Source of the DNA: Vulcanimicrobiota bacterium
GTDB lineage: Bacteria > Vulcanimicrobiota > Vulcanimicrobiia > Vulcanimicrobiales > Vulcanimicrobiaceae
Assembly: GCA_963714015.1 (NCBI GenBank)
Contig: OY970223.1
Location: 960,001 to 1,024,000, forward strand
Length of the DNA: 64,000 nucleotides
Direction: 5' to 3'
Shown here piece after piece: positions 57,786-64,000 of the stretch. The notes under the pieces are model-generated. The model had not been told where the DNA came from. It saw only the letters and a list, made by a program, of their open reading frames with translations, and made no database searches. Position 1 is the stretch's first letter; each line of letters starts with the position of its first letter. The translations under genes and the position numbers were made by a program.

Positions 57786-59329
57786 ATGAAACGATCACAC
57801 GGAGTCTCTTCTGATCCCGCTGCTCGCGGCGCTGATTCCATTATGTGCGGGCGCTGCGCCGTCGCCGCGACCGTCGCCGTCGCCGTCTCCTCCGGTCGTG
57901 GACGGAGAAACGTCCGACTCCGTCACGCAGCACACCGTCACGATCGGCGGCAAAGCGATCGCGTATGCCGCTCGTGCCGGAACGATCACGCTGCGCACTG
58001 AAAACGACGAACCAACGGCGCGCGTGTTCTATACGGCTTACACCGTCGAAGATGAGCCCGGGCGCCCGGTGACGTTCCTCTATAACGGTGGACCGGGAAG
58101 CTCCACGATGTGGCTGCGCATGGGGTCGGTCGGCCCCGTGCGCGTACAGGCCGGCGACGGAAAACCGTCCGGGCCGCCGCCGTACCGTATCGGGGACAAC
58201 CCGTACAGCATCCTCGACAAAACCGACCTCGTGTTCATCGACATGCCCGACAGCGGTTTCGGGCGCATCGTCGGTGCAGGCAATCCGAAGATGTTCTTCG
58301 GCGTAGACCAGGACGTCGCCGCATTCGGCCAGTTCATCGAACGCTATATCACCACGTTCCATCGCTGGAATTCGCCCAAATTCATCTTCGGCGAGAGTTA
58401 TGGAACGACGCGCTCCGCAGCGCTCGTCGACTACTTGCAGAATCACGGCATTCCGCTCAACGGCGTCGTGCTGCAGTCCTCGATCCTCAATTACGGACTC
58501 GATTTCTCCAACGGCGATCCGATCGCCGCCGGCGACTGGCCGTACGTGCTGTATCTTCCGACCGAAGCGGCGACGGCGTGGTATCACGGAAAGATTCGCA
58601 ACAAGCCGGCGGACTTAGCGGAGTTCGTCGCGCAGGTCGAACAGTTTGCGCTGGGCGACTACCTAAACGCCTTGTATCAGGGTGGCCGCTTGAGTTCTGC
58701 GCAGCGCAATCGAGTGGCGAATCAGCCTGAGCCAATATCTCGGCGTGCCGCTCAGTTACGTGCTGACCTCGAACTTGCGCGTCCCGTACTCGCGCTTTCA
58801 GCAAGAGCTCCTGCGACCCGAAGGGTTGGTCGTCGGCCGGCTCGACTCACGATACACGACGTATTCGCTGGACCGCGCAACGGTGGAAGGGCCGCCGTGG
58901 GATCCCACCGATTCGTCAATCGACGGCCCGTATACGACGGCGGTCAACGCGTATCTGCGCGATGACCTCAAGTACGATACTCCGCTCGAGTACCGGCCGA
59001 GCATCTATGACATCATTTACCGGAACGGCGGCGCATGGGACTTCACCCATAACGGCAGGCCCGGGCCCAACGTTGCCCCCGACCTTGCCGAGGCGATGAC
59101 GCAGAATCCGGGACTGAAGGTCTTCTCCGCAAACGGTTACTACGATTTCGCGACGCCGTTCTTCGCCACGCAGTACACGCTGCGCCATCTCAACATTGCA
59201 CCGGCTTTGCAATCGAACATCACGTTCGGGTTCTATCAGGCGGGACACATGATCTACTTGAGCAACGCTGCGCTCGCGCAATATCAGCAAGATTTGGAGC
59301 GCTGGTACGACAGCGCGCTCGGACGCTAG
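57786..59329 (+). CDS. Secreted S10 serine carboxypeptidase (apparent frameshifts ~57810 and ~58730)
   Basis: NGGPGSS, GESYG, GYYDFATP, AGHMIY. Confidence 0.85.
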
Positions 59330-59354
59330 TTCCGTGAATCAAGGAGTTCAATGC

Positions 59355-60879
59355 ATGGCTCTTCGCAAGATCCTTTCGCTAGCGGCGGCCGTCGCGCTCG
59401 TAGCTGCGTCACCTTCTCCGGCCCCAACCAAGGCGCCGTATGTCGCACCTCCACCGCCTGATGCGGTAACGCAGCACAGCATCGTGCTGCATGGGAGTCG
59501 CGTCGATTACACGGCCCGCGCCGGTAACATCGTGCTGCGCAATGATAAAGATCAAATAACCGCCCACATGTTCTACGTCGCGTATACCAAGAATGGGGCG
59601 GATCCGAGCCGGAGACCCGTGACGTTTTTCTACAATGGCGGACCCGGAAGTTCGACCGTGTGGCTGCACATGGGCTCGTTCTCGCCGATGCGCGTGCAAG
59701 TCCTCAACGGTAAACCGAATCCTCCGGCGCCGTATAAGTTCGCGCCTAATCCGCACACGCTGCTCGACAAGAGCGATCTCGTTTTCGTCGACGCGCCCAA
59801 CACCGGCTTTAGCCGTGTCGTCGGCGCGGGCGACCCGAAGGATTTCATGGGCGTCGATCAGGACGGCCGCGCGTTCACGCAGTTCATCGAGCGTTACATC
59901 AGTCAATTCAACCGATGGAACTCGCCCAAGTTTCTTTTCGGCGAGAGCTACGGAACGACGCGCGATTGCGTGCTCGTCAACATGCTCGAAGACGCAGGCG
60001 TGCAGTTCAACGGCGTCGTGCTGCTTTCGTCGGTGCTGAACTTCGGTTTGCTCAATCTCGGCGGCGGTTCACCGATTGCCGAAGGCGATTGGTCCTACGT
60101 CTTTTGGCTGCCGTCCGAAGCTGCGGCCGCATGGTATCACGGGAAGGTTGCCCATGGCGGGCAAACGCTTGCGCAATATTGTGGCCGGCGTTGAAGATTT
60201 TGCCGGCGGAGAGTATTTACAGGACCTGGCGCAAGGCGCGAATCTCGATCCGTCGGAGCGATCGAACGTCGTGAGCAAGCTTCACCGGTACCTTGGCATT
60301 CCCGAGTCGTACATCAGAAACTCGAATCTGCGGATCTCCTATCCCCGCTTCGAGAACGAACTGCTGCGCGGCGAAGATACGGTGATCGGCCGCTATGATT
60401 CGCGCTATGCCACGTACAGCATCGACAGGCCGGAAGACGAGCCCGACTGGGATCCCTCGGACGTTGGAATCTCCGGTGCCTTCGTGGCGAGTTTCAACGG
60501 CTACATTCGCGATACGCTGCATTATCGCACGAACATGATGTATCGGCCGACGGCGTACGGCGGCGAGCTTGGCGCACGTTGGGACATGCACCACAACGGT
60601 CAGGATCCGCCGGCAAACGTAGCGCCCGATCTCGCGCAAGCGATGTCGGAGAACCCGCATCTGCACGTCTTTTCCGGAAACGGCTATTTCGACTTTGCTA
60701 CGCCGTTCTTCGGGACGGTTTACGCGCTCGAGCATCTCAATATCGCGCCCGAACTGCAGAAAAACATTACATTCGGCTTCTATCAGTCGGGGCACATGGT
60801 CTACTTGAATCCGGCGGCGCTGGTCGTGTTCAAGGCCGACTTGGATCGCTGGTACGACTCTGCGCTATCGGGCCGCTAG
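59355..60879 (+). CDS. Secreted S10 serine carboxypeptidase, tandem paralog (apparent frameshift ~60180)
   Basis: NGGPGSS, GESYG, GYFDFATP, SGHMVY. Confidence 0.85.
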
Positions 60880-60962
60880 CAGAACATTCCGCCGTTCATA
60901 CGACGTCGTTGAAGACGCAGGAAACGCTGGACCGCGCTACGTTATGGTGAATTCGGCGAGCG

Positions 60963-63959
60963 TCAGAGCTTACTTCCGGGCACCTTAGCCATAGCCGCTG
61001 CGGCTTGCGAACGCAGTACTGCGAAGGCCCGGCGGAACTCGGGCGTAGGAGCGCTCGGGGCGCTCTCAACTGCGCCGTAGAGCGATCCGAGCACGCCGCT
61101 GATGTACCGCAGGCTATGAAAGTCTTGCGGTAGCGCTCCGCCTTCGTCGGGCGTCCCCGCCGGAGGCGTTCCGGCGATTGCTTTCAACCCAAGCTTCACG
61201 GCGCGCGCGTGCGCCGCGTCGACGGCCGTCATCTCTTTTTGGATCTGCAGCGCAAATTCGTACTGTGCGCGCAGGTCTGCCGTGGAAGCGTGCACGCGCG
61301 GATCGTTCACGACGGTCAGCGGTTGACGGTAGTTGTGTCCGCCGGCAGTGAGCGTTACGGTGTAGTGTCCCGGCGGAACGATCGGCCCGGAATCGTCGCC
61401 CGCCTGGAAATTCCATTCCCAGCGGTGCGCACCCGCTGCGGCCGAGAGCGTCGGCGCGGGGTGAAACCAATACGCCGGAATGTCGATCCGCTTGAAGTCG
61501 ATCGTGCGCGGCTTGTCGCTGCTCGAATAACGGCGAACGGTCTTGCCGCCCGCATCGGCGATCGTCAGCACGACCGGATACGACGCCGAGCCCAAATAGT
61601 AGTCGATCATCGCGCCGTACGGAGGATTCTCGCCTTGCGGAACCTCCGGCGGTAACGGTGTGCCTTCATCGTGCAAGCCCGGGCCGAACCCCGGACCGCG
61701 CTGAAAGAGCATCGCGGCGGCTGGTTTGAAGAGCGCGGCGTTGGAGGATGCGATACGTGGAGTGAGCTGACGCAGCGGCGATGCGTTGTCGAGCACCCAA
61801 ATCGATCGCCCGTGCGTTCCGGCGATCACGTCGCCGCCGTGGAACACGATGTCGCGCACAGACGCCGCCGGGAGATTGAGTTGGATCGACTGCCAGTGCG
61901 CGCCGTCGTCGAATGAAACATAGACGCCGAGCTCCGTGCCGGCCCACAGCATTCCACGGCGCACCGGATCTTCGCGCACGACGTTCACCCATTCGTTGGG
62001 CGGTAAACCGCCGGCGATCGACGTCCAATGTTTTCCGCCGTCGTGCGTCTTGTAAATGTACGGACGATTGTCCTCGAGGCGATGACGATCGATTGCGGCG
62101 TAGGCGGTGTTCGCGTCGAAATGCGATGCGTCAATCACGCCGACCTTGCTCCAGGGCGTCAGCTGCGGTGGTGTGACGTTTTGCCAGTGCGCGCCTTCGT
62201 CCCGAGTAATCCAAATCAGTCCGTCGTCCGTTCCGGCCCAAATCTCATGAGCTCGAACGGGCGATGGTGCAATCCAATACACGACGCCTCGCCGCGGCAC
62301 GCCGTCGTTGTCGGCAGCCGTATACTGATCGAGGTTCGGCGGCACGGTATTGGCCGGGCGCGTGAGATCGGGACTTATCGTCTGCCACGTAGCGCCGCCG
62401 TCCGCGCTGCGGAAGATCTGCTGGTGACCGTAATACAGCACGTGAGGATCCGTCGCCGAAAAAGTCATGGGAAGCGTCCATGTGCTGCGCCACGCGACGT
62501 CGGGACGTGAGAACGTCGGATCGGTCGTTTGCTCCCATCCGGTAAGAATCTGTTCCTTGCTCGGACCGCCGCTGCCGAAGATGAGCCCGGGATGCAGCGG
62601 GTCGGGGGCCAGCGTTCCGCTCTCGCCTCCAACGTCGATGGGCCACCAGTCGCGCATACTAATTCCAGTGTGAATACTTCGGCTTGCAACCGTAACCGCT
62701 CCGGAGTCCTGCTGCGCTGCGTAGACCCAGTAGGGAAAACGGTTGTCGGTAGCGACGTGATAAAGCTGTGCCGTCGGCTGGTTGTACCAGGAGCTCCACG
62801 TCTTCGCGCCGTCGACGCTGATCTGTACGCCTTGGTCGGTGCCCAGAATCATGCGGTTAGGGTCCGTCGGATCGATCCACAGAACGTGATTGTCGTCGCC
62901 GCCCGGAGCGCCTTTGATCGGCGTGAACGTCTTGCCCGCATCCGTCGATCGGTACGTCGACGTGTTGTTCACGTACACTTCATCAGGGTTCTTTGGATCG
63001 GCAGCGATGCGGCCGAAGTACCAGCCGCGCGTCCAAATCCGCGAATCGCCGTCCGCATAAGTCCAGGTGGCGCCGCCGTCATCGGAACGGTACACGCCGC
63101 CCGTCTTCCCGTTGTTGGTGTCGACGATGGTGTAGACGCGGCTCGGATTGGCGGGCGAGATGCTGATGCCGATGCGGCCGACGATTCCGCCGGGAAATCC
63201 GTGCCCTGTTAGTTGCGTCCACGTCTTTCCGGCGTCCGTGGATTTGTACAATCCGCCGCCCGGACCGTTACTGGGCGGATACGTGTTCCACGGCGGCCGC
63301 CGCGTCTGCCACAGCGATGCGAAAATCACGTTCGAGTCCGCCGGATCGATCGCTACGTCGATCGCGCCGGTGTTCGGATTCTTGTAAAGCACTTTACTCC
63401 ACGTTGCACCGCCGTCGGTCGATTTGAAGACGCCGCGCTGCTCGTTCGGCCCATATTGATGGCCCAGCGCCGCAACATACACGACGTTTGAATCCTTCGG
63501 ATCGACGGCAACGTTGCCGATCTGCCTCGTATCGTCCAGCCCGATGTGCGTCCAGGTCTTCCCGGCATCGATGGATTTATACATGCCGTTGCCTTGCTGA
63601 ATATCGGAGCGCATGTCCGCCTCACCCGATCCGACGTAGATAACGTTCGGATCGCTGGGCGCCACCGAAACGGCTCCGATCGATGCGACGTGCTCGGAGT
63701 CGAAGATCGGAAACCAGGTGCGGCCCGCGTTGTGGGTTTCCCAAATGCCGCCGCCGACGGCGCCGAAGTAGAACGTGTTGGGATCGCCCGCAACACCGGT
63801 CACGGTAATTGCGCGACCGCCGCGGAATGGGCCGATCAAACGCCATTTCAGGCCGCCGAACATCCCGGAGTCGTAGGTTTGCGCGCTCGCCGGAATCGCG
63901 CGCAGCGCGCCGGGAAGCGTAAGCGAAAGCGTCAGCGTCAGTGCAATCAAACGTCGCAT
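60963..63959 (-). CDS. Secreted BNR/Asp-box repeat (VPS10/sortilin-like) protein, putative glycoside hydrolase
   Basis: WRLIGPFRGGR and many S/T-x-D-x-G-x-T-W Asp-box repeats; signal peptide. Confidence 0.85.
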   Translation of the reverse strand: MRRLIALTLTLSLTLPGALRAIPASAQTYDSGMFGGLKWRLIGPFRGGRAITVTGVAGDPNTFYFGAVGGGIWETHNAGRTWFPIFDSEHVASIGAVSVAPSDPNVIYVGSGEADMRSDIQQGNGMYKSIDAGKTWTHIGLDDTRQIGNVAVDPKDSNVVYVAALGHQYGPNEQRGVFKSTDGGATWSKVLYKNPNTGAIDVAIDPADSNVIFASLWQTRRPPWNTYPPSNGPGGGLYKSTDAGKTWTQLTGHGFPGGIVGRIGISISPANPSRVYTIVDTNNGKTGGVYRSDDGGATWTYADGDSRIWTRGWYFGRIAADPKNPDEVYVNNTSTYRSTDAGKTFTPIKGAPGGDDNHVLWIDPTDPNRMILGTDQGVQISVDGAKTWSSWYNQPTAQLYHVATDNRFPYWVYAAQQDSGAVTVASRSIHTGISMRDWWPIDVGGESGTLAPDPLHPGLIFGSGGPSKEQILTGWEQTTDPTFSRPDVAWRSTWTLPMTFSATDPHVLYYGHQQIFRSADGGATWQTISPDLTRPANTVPPNLDQYTAADNDGVPRRGVVYWIAPSPVRAHEIWAGTDDGLIWITRDEGAHWQNVTPPQLTPWSKVGVIDASHFDANTAYAAIDRHRLEDNRPYIYKTHDGGKHWTSIAGGLPPNEWVNVVREDPVRRGMLWAGTELGVYVSFDDGAHWQSIQLNLPAASVRDIVFHGGDVIAGTHGRSIWVLDNASPLRQLTPRIASSNAALFKPAAAMLFQRGPGFGPGLHDEGTPLPPEVPQGENPPYGAMIDYYLGSASYPVVLTIADAGGKTVRRYSSSDKPRTIDFKRIDIPAYWFHPAPTLSAAAGAHRWEWNFQAGDDSGPIVPPGHYTVTLTAGGHNYRQPLTVVNDPRVHASTADLRAQYEFALQIQKEMTAVDAAHARAVKLGLKAIAGTPPAGTPDEGGALPQDFHSLRYISGVLGSLYGAVESAPSAPTPEFRRAFAVLRSQAAAAMAKVPGSKL

Positions 63960-64000
63960 GACGCAGGGCTTTTACTCCGCTACGAACACAACCTTGCTGG

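Noticed and set aside
60963..63959. Recurrent short repeats resembling an array
   Set aside because: These are protein-level Asp-box (BNR) repeats, not CRISPR or DNA tandem repeats.
1..64000. Many long Arg/Ala-rich alternative-frame ORFs; also searched for tRNA, rRNA, CRISPR, prophage and defence genes
   Set aside because: Alternative ORFs are expected shadows in high-GC DNA. No tRNA or rRNA signatures, repeat-spacer array, integrase, phage structural or nuclease-defence motifs were recognised by eye.

Overview
GC-rich diderm bacterial chromosome segment. The gene style (TonB-receptor-like proteins, GT87 enzyme, PDZ-TM-GAF protein) suggests Vulcanimicrobiota/Eremiobacterota, but this is inference only. 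Nt 1-16.2 kb is an elaborate Tad/Flp (type IVc) pilus locus. It holds the 3' end of an upstream TadE-like pilin, a bitopic Ig-like protein, a minimal MalT-like ATPase/SARP regulator and two divergent operons (secreted ORF-flp-cpaB-cpaE/cpaF fusion-tadB-tadC-prepilin peptidase; cpaC-flp2-three large Cys-terminated minor pilins), followed by a GT87 glycosyltransferase and a second Ig-like paralog. Many tad genes carry single-base frameshifts that look like assembly indels. The middle of the window has an ABC exporter, pepP, nadA-nadC (no nadB), an output-less PDZ-TM-GAF protein, an XRE operon with a leaderless uORF, two TonB-dependent receptors, an ahpC/ykuV-like redox pair, a tailed HU and a cupredoxin-metallophosphoesterase-ECF sigma-anti-sigma cassette. 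The second receptor is preceded by a His/Asp-rich membrane protein ending in an RGPP arrest-like motif. The last part has a galE-like epimerase, comEC, a small accessory patch with a decayed IS3, a serine hydrolase/D-aminoacylase/GNAT group, leuS, comEA, fadD, padR, three secreted carboxypeptidases and a BNR/VPS10 protein. No rRNA, tRNA or CRISPR array was seen.
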